Positions 1-7,507 of a DNA stretch of 26,182 bases are shown piece by piece. Position 1 is the stretch's first letter. Every line of letters starts with the position of its first letter. Both the position numbers and the translations under genes were made by a program. The stretch comes from an uncultured Anaerolineales bacterium (GTDB lineage Bacteria > Chloroflexota > Anaerolineae > Epilineales > JAHCIE01), in assembly GCA_964522005.1 (NCBI GenBank), contig CAZFUK010000002.1, positions 1 through 26,182 on the forward strand, written 5' to 3'. Below the pieces are notes generated by a model, which did no database searches, was not told where the DNA came from, and was given only the letters and a program-made list of their open reading frames with translations.

Positions 1-4
1 CAAC

Positions 5-2101
5 CTAGGGTGTGGGGGTCACGGTCACTGTGACCACGACCGCCGATGGGGCCGAGGGTGTGCCGGACGGCGCGGTCGTTACCGTCGCAGAGGGCGGCGG
101 AGTCAATGTAGTGGGTGGCGCCAGGGTAGGGCTGCTAGTCACACCAGGGCCTGGGTAGGGCGCAGTTGTCCCTGTAGGCTGAGGCCCAGTCGTGGGGCTG
201 CTGGTCACGCTAGGCCCTGGATAAGGTACAGTCGTCAGCGTGGGGAACGGCGTCAGCGTCACAAGCGTAGGTGAAGGCACAGCGGTTGTGGTGGGCGGCA
301 GGCTGGGGCTGGCGCTCGGCCCGGGGTATGGGACGGCGTGCGTCGCCGTGGGAGACGGGAGGTACGGTGTCGTAGTTGGATATGGTATCCACGGGGTGAA
401 CGTCGGGCCAGGGAAGTAAGGTGTGGCGGTGGGATACGGGAAGATGGTGGGCGTGATGGTCCCGCCCGCGGACAACGAGTAGGACATCTGGTAGTAGCCG
501 CTCCGTCCGCCATAACCGCCCAATTGGAGATAGTACGTTTGCCCCGCCACGACAGGCGCACTGATATACGAGGTGAGGCCGTTGGTATCGTCGTTGCAGG
601 CAAGCGGGGTCAGGCTGGACAGTGAGGTACCGCTGTACAGGGCGAGGACGGTATCGAAGCTGCTGCCAGAGGTCGAGGCGGTAAACTCACCGGAGGTGTT
701 GGGGATGATCTGGAACCAGATGGTGGCGCCAATCGCCCCACAGGGCTGCGGCTCGCCTGGCTCTAGCGTCGCGTCGAAGGTGGTCCCGCTCGTAAAGAGG
801 GGGTAGCCGTAGGAGTAGACATACAACTGACCCGCATTAGCAAAGTTATCATACTGAATACTGCTCGGGGTAGGCGTACTCGTGAGTGAAGGCGCGGGTG
901 TTTTGGGCGGCAACAGCGTGGGGATAGGCGTAGGGGTGGTGGCGTCGGGAGCGACCCGCCAGACGACGTCCAACGCCTGACTCGTCAACCACAGCCCGTT
1001 AGCGCTGGCAGCCAGGCCGTCGAGGCTACACCCATAGTAACCGCAGGCGCCGGGCAGGGTGTAAATGTTGGCGCCCCCGTCAGGGGTGATACGTCCAAGC
1101 GCAACGGTGTTCGAGCTATAGGGGCCGTTCGAGTAGGACGTGAGTGTAACCCACAGCGCGCCGTCTGGGCCGCTGACAATCTCAGCCACGCCGCACCCGC
1201 TTTCGCTGCAGGGAGCCGGTAGGGTGTACAGGGTGATGGCGCCAGCGGTCGTGATACGACCAACCCCACCGCCGGTCGACGTATCAGACGGATTGGTGGA
1301 GCAGGGGCGGTAGGTAAACCAGAGCGCGCCGTCCGGTCCGACGGTCAGGGCGCGCGGGTGAGCATCGTTGGGTGGCGTGTAATTGGTGAGTAGGCCGTCG
1401 GTGGTGAGGCGGCTAATTCTGCCCGGGCCAACAGGGCTGCTGCTGTCGGTGGAGCAGCCCGACTGGATAAACCAGAGCGCGCCGTCTGGCCCGACGGTGA
1501 TGTCACCGAGAGTAGCGCCAGCCCCTGGAATGGTGTACTCAATAATCTGACCCTGGCCTGTGATGCGGCCAACGCGCCCACTCCTTTCGGTAAACCAGAG
1601 CGCGCCGTCTGGCCCCCTCACCAGGCGCTGGGGGGCGCTGCCCGCCGCTAAGGAGAACTCCGTACTCTCGCCATCCGTCGTCAGCCGTCCAATACGGTCC
1701 ACGCCCGACTTGAGGTACCAGAGTTGTCCGTCAGGCCCCAGCGCCAGGCTGGTGATGGGGCAGTTGCTCGTCACAGGGTAGGGGGTGACGATGCCAGAGG
1801 GGGCGCATCCCCCTAGCACCGGGTACTCGATGACTGCGCCAGTGCGGGTGATGCGGCCGATACGACCGCTGCCCTCAGCGAACCAGACGGTGCCATCCGG
1901 GGCGACCAGAATGTCGGTCGGGTCACTACCGGCGGGGAGAGGGTAGACCGTGGGGCTTAGAGCGAGGGCCGCTGTCTCGGCCTCGGTGCCCTGGGCCAGT
2001 AAGCTACCCTGGGGGAGCAGAGCCAGGCAGGCAGCCACGACGAGGACGGCGCAGAGGAGACCATTGACGAGCCAGGGACGGACGTGACGGGAGGGAGCCA
2101 T
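5..2101 (-). CDS. Secreted Vgb (virginiamycin B lyase)-like beta-propeller repeat protein with a PPC-like beta-sandwich domain and a long Pro/Thr-rich tail (698 aa)
   Basis: Start moved to ATG 2101 (MAPSRH), which has an AGGAGG RBS. Hydrophobic N-terminal signal segment; about 7 repeats of type (I/L)xxGPDGALWF; domain NFANA...GATIWF...FDTVLALYSG...ACNDD...AGQTYYLQLGGY; P/T-rich C-terminus; TAG at 5-7. Function unknown. Confidence 0.75.
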   Translation of the reverse strand: MAPSRHVRPWLVNGLLCAVLVVAACLALLPQGSLLAQGTEAETAALALSPTVYPLPAGSDPTDILVAPDGTVWFAEGSGRIGRITRTGAVIEYPVLGGCAPSGIVTPYPVTSNCPITSLALGPDGQLWYLKSGVDRIGRLTTDGESTEFSLAAGSAPQRLVRGPDGALWFTERSGRVGRITGQGQIIEYTIPGAGATLGDITVGPDGALWFIQSGCSTDSSSPVGPGRISRLTTDGLLTNYTPPNDAHPRALTVGPDGALWFTYRPCSTNPSDTSTGGGVGRITTAGAITLYTLPAPCSESGCGVAEIVSGPDGALWVTLTSYSNGPYSSNTVALGRITPDGGANIYTLPGACGYYGCSLDGLAASANGLWLTSQALDVVWRVAPDATTPTPIPTLLPPKTPAPSLTSTPTPSSIQYDNFANAGQLYVYSYGYPLFTSGTTFDATLEPGEPQPCGAIGATIWFQIIPNTSGEFTASTSGSSFDTVLALYSGTSLSSLTPLACNDDTNGLTSYISAPVVAGQTYYLQLGGYGGRSGYYQMSYSLSAGGTITPTIFPYPTATPYFPGPTFTPWIPYPTTTPYLPSPTATHAVPYPGPSASPSLPPTTTAVPSPTLVTLTPFPTLTTVPYPGPSVTSSPTTGPQPTGTTAPYPGPGVTSSPTLAPPTTLTPPPSATVTTAPSGTPSAPSAVVVTVTVTPTP

Positions 2102-2158
2102 ACTGAGACCTCCTGGGGGTGACAACGGCTGTCCAGACGGGGGAAGGGCGAGTGAAGG

Positions 2159-2175
2159 ATGAATGAGTATTCATT
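2159..2175. promoter_or_regulatory. Operator-like palindrome overlapping the -10/+1 region
   Basis: ATGAATgagtATTCAT (2159-2174) and AATGAGTATTCATT (2162-2175, one mismatch) are overlapping inverted repeats. The cognate regulator is unknown. Confidence 0.45.
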
Positions 2176-2200
2176 ATAGCATTTCTTTTATATTTGTCAA
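2173..2200 (-). promoter_or_regulatory. Consensus sigma70-type promoter for the beta-propeller gene
   Basis: Minus strand reads TTGACA-16 nt-TATAAT with an extended -10 (TGcTATAAT), in an AT-rich patch about 70 nt upstream of the start. Confidence 0.8.
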
Positions 2201-2312
2201 TCGTCCTGCCATGAGTCATCAGGCCCGACTCTTGCGAGGGGTAGACTTGTCAGGGGTCACCGCGTCTAGAGGGTGTAGTACCCCGACAGCCACCTGGACA
2301 AGAGGGAGACGT

Positions 2313-3215
2313 ATGCGGTTCGGTTTTGCCTGTATCTCGACGCTTCGCCCCGACATTTCGTGTCAGCACTCGACCATTCTCAAGTACGCCCAGCCCGACC
2401 GCATTGAGGCGCTGGCGCGGGAGAACATCGCCGGCCTCGCCGCCATGCTCGACCACGTGGCCGGGCTGGGCCTGGGGCTGTTCCGCATCGGGGAGTCGTT
2501 TATCCCCTTCGCCTCGCACCCGGCGGTCCAGTTCGACTGGCGGCTCCACTTGGGGCCGGAGTTGCTGGCCGTCGGCCGCCACGCCCTGGAGCGGGGCATC
2601 CGCCTGAGCTTCCACCCGGGGCCGTACACCGTCCTCAACTCGACGCGGCCCGAAGTGGTGCGCCAGGCGGTCCGTGACCTGGACTACCAGGCCGGCGTGC
2701 TCGACATGCTGGGGCAGTCGGCCAACGGCAAGGTGATTCTCCACGGCGGAGGCTTGCAGCCATCGAAGGCCGAGGCCGCGCGGGCCTTCATCGCCCAGGC
2801 CAACGACCTGCCGGACTTCATTCGGCGGCGGGTGGTAATTGAGAACGACGAGCGGCTGTGGGGGGTGGACGACGTACTGGAACTCAGCGCGGCGACCGGG
2901 CTGCCCGTGATCTTCGATGCCTTCCACCACTCGGCCTACCCCGAACCCAAGTCCGCCGACCTGGCCGCCGTGATGCGCCAGGTGTTCGATACCTGGCCCG
3001 CCGACCAGACGCCCAAGATCCACTTCTCGTCCCAGGCGCCGGGCAAGCGGCCGGGCGCCCACGCCGACGATGTGGACCCGACCGAGTTCGCCCGCTTCCT
3101 GGACGCGACGGCGGGGGTGGGGCGGGACTTTGATGTGATGTTCGAGGCGAAGGCGAAGGACGCGGCGGTGATGAGGCTGCTGGAGGCGCTGCCAGAGCTG
3201 CGTAGCACCCTCTAA
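2313..3215 (+). CDS. uvsE: UV DNA damage repair endonuclease (UvsE/UvdE family, 300 aa)
   Basis: GFAC start, LFRIGESFIPFASHP, RLSFHPGPYTVLNS, VIENDE, FDAFHH, KIHFSSQ, GAHAD and VMFEAKAKD motifs. ATG 2313 follows a GAGGGAG RBS; the longer upstream ORF extension was not accepted. Confidence 0.92.
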   Translation: MRFGFACISTLRPDISCQHSTILKYAQPDRIEALARENIAGLAAMLDHVAGLGLGLFRIGESFIPFASHPAVQFDWRLHLGPELLAVGRHALERGIRLSFHPGPYTVLNSTRPEVVRQAVRDLDYQAGVLDMLGQSANGKVILHGGGLQPSKAEAARAFIAQANDLPDFIRRRVVIENDERLWGVDDVLELSAATGLPVIFDAFHHSAYPEPKSADLAAVMRQVFDTWPADQTPKIHFSSQAPGKRPGAHADDVDPTEFARFLDATAGVGRDFDVMFEAKAKDAAVMRLLEALPELRSTL

Positions 3216-3223
3216 CAAGCAAG

Positions 3224-3256
3224 ACACCTGACAGATTTTGGAAACCTGTCAGGTGT
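3224..3256. repeat. Palindromic REP-like element 1, likely part of a bidirectional terminator
   Basis: ACACCTGACAG-ATTTTGGAAAC-CTGTCAGGTGT inverted repeat between the convergent uvsE and amidase genes. Confidence 0.75.
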
Positions 3257-3271
3257 TCTTTAGGACGGAGC

Positions 3272-3304
3272 AGACCTGACAGGTCTTGAAGACCTGTCAG
3301 GTCT
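3272..3304. repeat. 33-bp double-palindrome REP-like element (AGACC-N5-GGTCT-TGA-AGACC-N5-GGTCT)
   Basis: AGACCTGACAGGTCT TGA AGACCTGTCAGGTCT; same architecture as 18538-18570. Confidence 0.8.
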
Positions 3305-3311
3305 CGTCTTA

Positions 3312-5219
3312 TCAGCGCACGTAGACGACGTCTACGTCGTCGGCCTTGACGAAGGCGAAGCGGTGGCCGAAGTAAATCTGGTAGAACTGGCTCACGCCCT
3401 TGACGACGCGGTGGTCGCTGGGGTCCAGGGTGAAGAGGGGCGCATAGTAGGCGTCGCTCACCACCTTGTCAATGACGACATATGCCTGGCCGGCCGGGAT
3501 GGTGTACTGGAGCGGGTTGCGGGCGCGCACCGGGATACCCGTGGGCCACTCGCCCGGGTCGGGGTAGGCCGTGCCGTAGACAGGGATGGAAGTTTTGCCC
3601 GCCTTGGGCGTGACGGCCATACCCGCGCTGGCGACGGCGCGCGGGCTGAGACGCGGGTTGTAGAGCCATGCCTTCTGCCCGCCGTAGAAAATGGCGTCCC
3701 AGTCGCCTCGGCTCTCGACGCGCCAGAACTGCTGGCCGGCGACGGCCTTGTTACCCCAGTTCTCAATCACGTCCGGGTCCACGCCCGTCTTAGCCGGGTC
3801 GGTGATGAGCGGCGCGCTCAGGCTCGGCTCGGTGTAGAGCGGGACGAAGTTCACGTTCTGGCGGGTCAGGGTCTGACACGGTTCGGGGTCGCAGCCGCGC
3901 AGCGGGGCCTGGTTGGGCGAGAAGTTGGGCTTGATGGTCAGGATGCTGCGCGTGCGCAGGTCACGGATGGTGGGGATGGGCGCGCCGAGTAGTTCCATGT
4001 AGTGTTCCCAGTCCCAGTAGGGGCCTGGATCCCAGTGCATGCCGCGTTGGGTCGCCGTCGAGACGCCGGGGATGTCGTCGTGGCCGATGATGTGGCCGCG
4101 ATCTAGGGGGATGCCGTACTTGGCGGCCAGGTAGCGCACTAGCCGCGCCGACGCGCGATACATGGCTTCGCTGTACCAGGCGGCGCCCTCGCGGGCGTGG
4201 CCTTCGTGCTCGATGCCAATGGAGTGGGTGTTGATGTACCAGTTGCCCGCCTGGTAAGCCACGTCCTTGGTGGGCACCATCTGGGTGATGTCGCCGTCGC
4301 TGGCGCGAATCACGTAGTGGGCGCTGACGTAGCTGAGCGGGTTGACGAAGATGTCAATAGCTTCCTGGTAGCTGGTCTCGGTGTCGTGGACGACGATGTA
4401 GCGGATGTCCAGGCCGTTGGCCTCGCGGTCGGCCAGGTCGTAGTTGCCGTAGTCCGAGGGATCGCCCGGTGTGTTGATCTGGTAGGCGGCGGGGATGAAG
4501 TGGCAGACTACGTCGGGCGGGCATTCGGGCGTGGTCGCCGTCGTCGGCGCCTGGTCGGTTGCCTCGACGCTCCGCGCCTGGGCCGGCGTGGCCGACGGCG
4601 TCGCCGCCAGCGTCACGCTGTCGCCGCTGCTCGTGACGCGGCTGACGCCCTGGCGCAGCGTGGCATACACGTCGGCGGCGAAGGCGCGGGCGACGGCCGG
4701 CCGGGGCGAGCCACTGAGGCGGGCGACGGCGGTTGCCCAGCTTCCCAGGTCCGACGCCGTCGCGCCACTCTCGCGCCCGTACTGGGCGAGCAGGCCGGCC
4801 GCGCCGCGAATGTTCTGATACGGGTCGCTCTTCAGGGCGTCGGACGACTGGCCGAGCAGCCGCGCCGCCGCGTCCAGCGTAGCGAGCTTGCCGCTGGGCG
4901 ACAGGCGCGCCGTCTCGGCGTCCGCCAGGCCCTTGGCGTCCTCGACCGCCACCAGGCCGTCGGTCAGGTGCATGAGGCCGTAGCCACCGCCCGCGCTCGG
5001 GCGGCCGGCGTGGTGTTCCCAGCGCGACTGGTTATAGCCGACGGCAAGGAGCACAGCTTCAGGGACGCCGAATTCGTGGGCGGCGGCGGCGAACATGGCC
5101 TGGAGGGAGGTGGGGGCGCCTTGGCCGACCGGCGCGGCGGCAGCGGGCAGCGTCAGCAGGAGCGCAAGGCTGAGGAGGAGGAGAACAGACAACCACAGCG
5201 AGTACCAACGACGGGGCAT
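3312..5219 (-). CDS. Secreted N-acetylmuramoyl-L-alanine amidase (Amidase_2) with an N-terminal lysozyme/transglycosylase-like domain (635 aa)
   Basis: Signal peptide (LLLLSLALLLTLPAAAA); N-domain FGVPEAVLLAVGYNQSRW...GYGLMHL...NIRGAA; amidase motifs IVVHDTE, SAHY, AGNW..NTHSIGIEHEG, IIGHDD, DPGPYWDW. AAGGAGG RBS before ATG 5219. Confidence 0.88.
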   Translation of the reverse strand: MPRRWYSLWLSVLLLLSLALLLTLPAAAAPVGQGAPTSLQAMFAAAAHEFGVPEAVLLAVGYNQSRWEHHAGRPSAGGGYGLMHLTDGLVAVEDAKGLADAETARLSPSGKLATLDAAARLLGQSSDALKSDPYQNIRGAAGLLAQYGRESGATASDLGSWATAVARLSGSPRPAVARAFAADVYATLRQGVSRVTSSGDSVTLAATPSATPAQARSVEATDQAPTTATTPECPPDVVCHFIPAAYQINTPGDPSDYGNYDLADREANGLDIRYIVVHDTETSYQEAIDIFVNPLSYVSAHYVIRASDGDITQMVPTKDVAYQAGNWYINTHSIGIEHEGHAREGAAWYSEAMYRASARLVRYLAAKYGIPLDRGHIIGHDDIPGVSTATQRGMHWDPGPYWDWEHYMELLGAPIPTIRDLRTRSILTIKPNFSPNQAPLRGCDPEPCQTLTRQNVNFVPLYTEPSLSAPLITDPAKTGVDPDVIENWGNKAVAGQQFWRVESRGDWDAIFYGGQKAWLYNPRLSPRAVASAGMAVTPKAGKTSIPVYGTAYPDPGEWPTGIPVRARNPLQYTIPAGQAYVVIDKVVSDAYYAPLFTLDPSDHRVVKGVSQFYQIYFGHRFAFVKADDVDVVYVR

Positions 5220-5286
5220 ACGGACGCCTCCTTGTCTGTGAGACCCTGGCGGTCTTCGGTTGTCCACAACCTGGGGGGATGCTATT

Positions 5287-5314
5287 AGCTTAGGCTATTT
5301 TGCGATGTTGTCAA
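5287..5314 (-). promoter_or_regulatory. Putative sigma70-type promoter of the amidase gene
   Basis: Minus strand TTGACA-16 nt-TAAGCT; perfect -35, weaker -10. Confidence 0.45.
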
Positions 5315-5342
5315 GTACGGCCTGCCCGCGCTTCGCCCCACC

Positions 5343-7082
5343 CTAGACCGGCTGAGGGTGGGGGAAGCGTTTGGACTGCTTGTAGGGGAAGATGTCCAGA
5401 ACTTCGCCCGCGCGGTGCCGGCCCTGCATATGCTGCCAGAACTCGGCGTCGAACAGGTAGCCGTGGTGGTCGTGGAAGACGCTCTGCAATGGCCTCGGCA
5501 GACCCAGGAAGCGCTGGAACTCCTCCGGGAAGATGTCATTCTCATGGACCGAGAACCAGGGTTCCTGGCCGAAGTCGCCCAGGCCGTCGTCGTAGACCGG
5601 GATGCGGCGGAAGTTGCAGTCGGTCAGCAGGCACAGTTCGTCGTAGTCGTAGAACACGACGCGGTGGTGGCGGGTGACGCCGAAGTTCTTGAGGAACAGG
5701 TCACCGGGGAAGATGTTGGTGGAGGCCAGGTCCTTGATGGCCTCGCCGTAGTCAATCACGGCGTCGCGCACTCCGTCCGCGTCCGACTCACGCACATAGA
5801 CATCCAGCGGGGTGACACGGCGCTCGGTGTAGAGGTGCCTGATGATGACGCGGTCGCCCTGGACGCTGACGGTGTTGGCGGCGAGGGTGGTCAACTCTTC
5901 GAGGAGCGACGGCGTGAAGCGCGCCTTGTCGAACTCCAGGTGCTCGAACTCCTGGGCGTCAATCAGGCGCCCGGCGCGGTCGTGGCGGAAGACGAGCTGG
6001 TAGCGGTAGAGCACGTCCTCGCGCGTGGAGGTCTTGGGCGGGGCGAAGCGGTCCTTGATGATCTTGAACACGACATCGTAGGAGGGCAGGGTAAAGACGG
6101 ACATGACCATGCCCTTGGTACCCTGCGCTTCCTCGAACAGGTCGTTGGAGTGGGCCAGGTGCTGGACCAGGTCACGGTAGAGTTCGGTCTTGCCGTGCTT
6201 ATTGTAGCCGATGGAGGTGTAGAGTTCGGCGATGTGCTTGCGCGGCATGATGGACTTGAGGAAGGCGATGAGTTCGGAGGGCCGCTCGGCCTCGACCTGG
6301 AAGTAGGAGCGGGTGACGCCGAAGACGAGCAGCGCGTCGTCCTCGGTCAGCAGCACCGTATCCACGAACACCCCGCGCTCGGTGTGCAGCAGGGGCAGGA
6401 TGATGGGCACGATGCGGCCCGCGCTGATGATGCGGCCGACCAGGTAGGCGCCCTTGTTGCGGTAGAAGACGGCCCGAATCATCTCCAGCGTGTCAATCCG
6501 TGCCACACCGCATTCGGCGAGCAGATGGGCCTCGATGGCGGCGGCGACCTGCTGGGTGTCGTAGTCCAGGGTCTCGTAGCCGCACTGGAAGGGGTGGTTC
6601 TGGAGCACGGCGCGAATCAGGTCGCGGATGCTGCCGCCCCAGTAGGTGTCATAGACGGGCGTGCCGGCCTGGAGGGGCAGGCGCGGGCCAGACGCGACGA
6701 ACTCAATATCCGGGTCCACCCCCACCGTCGTGAAGATGCGGCGCGTAATCGAGTTAAAGAAGGTCTCGGCCAGCTCGATATCGTCGCGCTGGGCAATGAG
6801 TTCGGTGTAGTGGCGCTTCATGCCCCGCCACACCGCGTGGTCCTGGGCATGGTCCTGGAGGATGGCGCGCATGATGGCGAGGGTGGTGTCAATGGTCTGT
6901 TTGTACAGGTCCAGCCGCTCGACCGAGTCTTGCTGGCCCCCGCGCCAGTCCCGCGCCTCGAACCGCGCCTGCGCGCGCCGCGCAAACGTCTTGAAGCTCG
7001 TGTGGTAGGCGACAAAACCATCGCGGATAGCGAGGGCGGCGCGCACCGCCAGGTCTGTGGGTCCGCTGCTCAACTGCATCAT
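5343..7082 (-). CDS. aceK: Bifunctional isocitrate dehydrogenase kinase/phosphatase (579 aa)
   Basis: AETFFNSITRR, VFYRNKGAYLVGR, SYFQVE, YNKHGKTELYRD, GMVMSVFTLPSYDVVFKIIKDRF, HDRAGRLIDAQEF, NIFPGDLFLKNFGVTRHHRVVFYDYDEL. AGGAGG RBS before ATG 7082. Confidence 0.95.
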   Translation of the reverse strand: MMQLSSGPTDLAVRAALAIRDGFVAYHTSFKTFARRAQARFEARDWRGGQQDSVERLDLYKQTIDTTLAIMRAILQDHAQDHAVWRGMKRHYTELIAQRDDIELAETFFNSITRRIFTTVGVDPDIEFVASGPRLPLQAGTPVYDTYWGGSIRDLIRAVLQNHPFQCGYETLDYDTQQVAAAIEAHLLAECGVARIDTLEMIRAVFYRNKGAYLVGRIISAGRIVPIILPLLHTERGVFVDTVLLTEDDALLVFGVTRSYFQVEAERPSELIAFLKSIMPRKHIAELYTSIGYNKHGKTELYRDLVQHLAHSNDLFEEAQGTKGMVMSVFTLPSYDVVFKIIKDRFAPPKTSTREDVLYRYQLVFRHDRAGRLIDAQEFEHLEFDKARFTPSLLEELTTLAANTVSVQGDRVIIRHLYTERRVTPLDVYVRESDADGVRDAVIDYGEAIKDLASTNIFPGDLFLKNFGVTRHHRVVFYDYDELCLLTDCNFRRIPVYDDGLGDFGQEPWFSVHENDIFPEEFQRFLGLPRPLQSVFHDHHGYLFDAEFWQHMQGRHRAGEVLDIFPYKQSKRFPHPQPV

Positions 7083-7205
7083 GCTTGCCTCCTGGGTCCA
7101 GCCCCCTCTCATGATAGCACAGGACATAGCACAGGATAGCCCCACAACCCGCTGTCCGGGTCCTTTCAAACACGAGTTACGCAGTCGCTCGGCCCGCGTC
7201 GCCCA

Positions 7206-7302
7206 GGGCTAAAGCCGCTGGGCTAGGCAAACCAAGCCCTTCGGGCTGACAGTCTTAGCCCCCCTGGGGGGCTTTGCCTGCCCAGCGCGGGCGCTTTAGC
7301 CC
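7206..7302. repeat. Long branched palindromic REP-like element (GGGCTAAAGC...GCTTTAGCCC)
   Basis: Outer stem GGGCTAAAGC/GCTTTAGCCC, second stem CGCTGGGC-T-AGGCAAA/TTTGCCT-GCCCAGCG, and two inner hairpins (AGCCC-TTC-GGGCT; AGCCCCCC-T-GGGGGGCT). Confidence 0.7.
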
Positions 7303-7352
7303 CGCGCAGCCACCACCGCGTAACTCCTGTTTCAAAGTCGTAGACCGCCCCG

Positions 7353-7450
7353 AACCCCTCCCCCGGCCCCTCCCCTACAAAGGGAGGGGTGACTTGGCCC
7401 TGACTGGCCCGCCCCCTTCCTTGGCAGGGAAAGGGGCAGGGGAAGGGGTT
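7353..7450. repeat. Inverted doublet (REPIN-like) of a CCCCTCCCC..GGGAGGGG hairpin unit
   Basis: AACCCCTCCCCCGGCCCCTCCCCTACAAAGGGAGGGG (7353-7389) and an inverted, related copy at 7408-7450. Relatives at 14240-14285 and 24008-24107. Confidence 0.75.
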
Positions 7451-7507
7451 GAGGACGAGTACGACCTTGAAGGAAAGTTCCTTGGGTGCTGATAGCGGAG
7501 GGTCGGC

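Noticed and set aside
2248-2288. Imperfect inverted repeat (TGTCAGGGGT...ACCCCGACA) in the uvsE leader as a riboswitch
   Set aside because: Short, imperfect stem with no recognisable aptamer features.
2163-2312. 50-aa N-terminal extension of UvsE in the ORF track
   Set aside because: It overlaps the divergent promoter; the family-like sequence and RBS begin at 2313.
5329-5369. Hairpin CGCTTC-G-CCCCACCCT...AGGGTGGGG-GAAGCG around the aceK stop as a terminator
   Set aside because: It overlaps the coding end and lacks a U-tract; possibly a repeat remnant, but there is no second copy in the window.
5358-7139. 593-aa plus-strand ORF
   Set aside because: Antisense shadow of aceK, expected from GC-rich codon bias; no recognisable motifs.
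7206-7302. tRNA-like cloverleaf
   Set aside because: No T-loop (TTCRA in the right context), D-loop or CCA; treated as a palindromic repeat.
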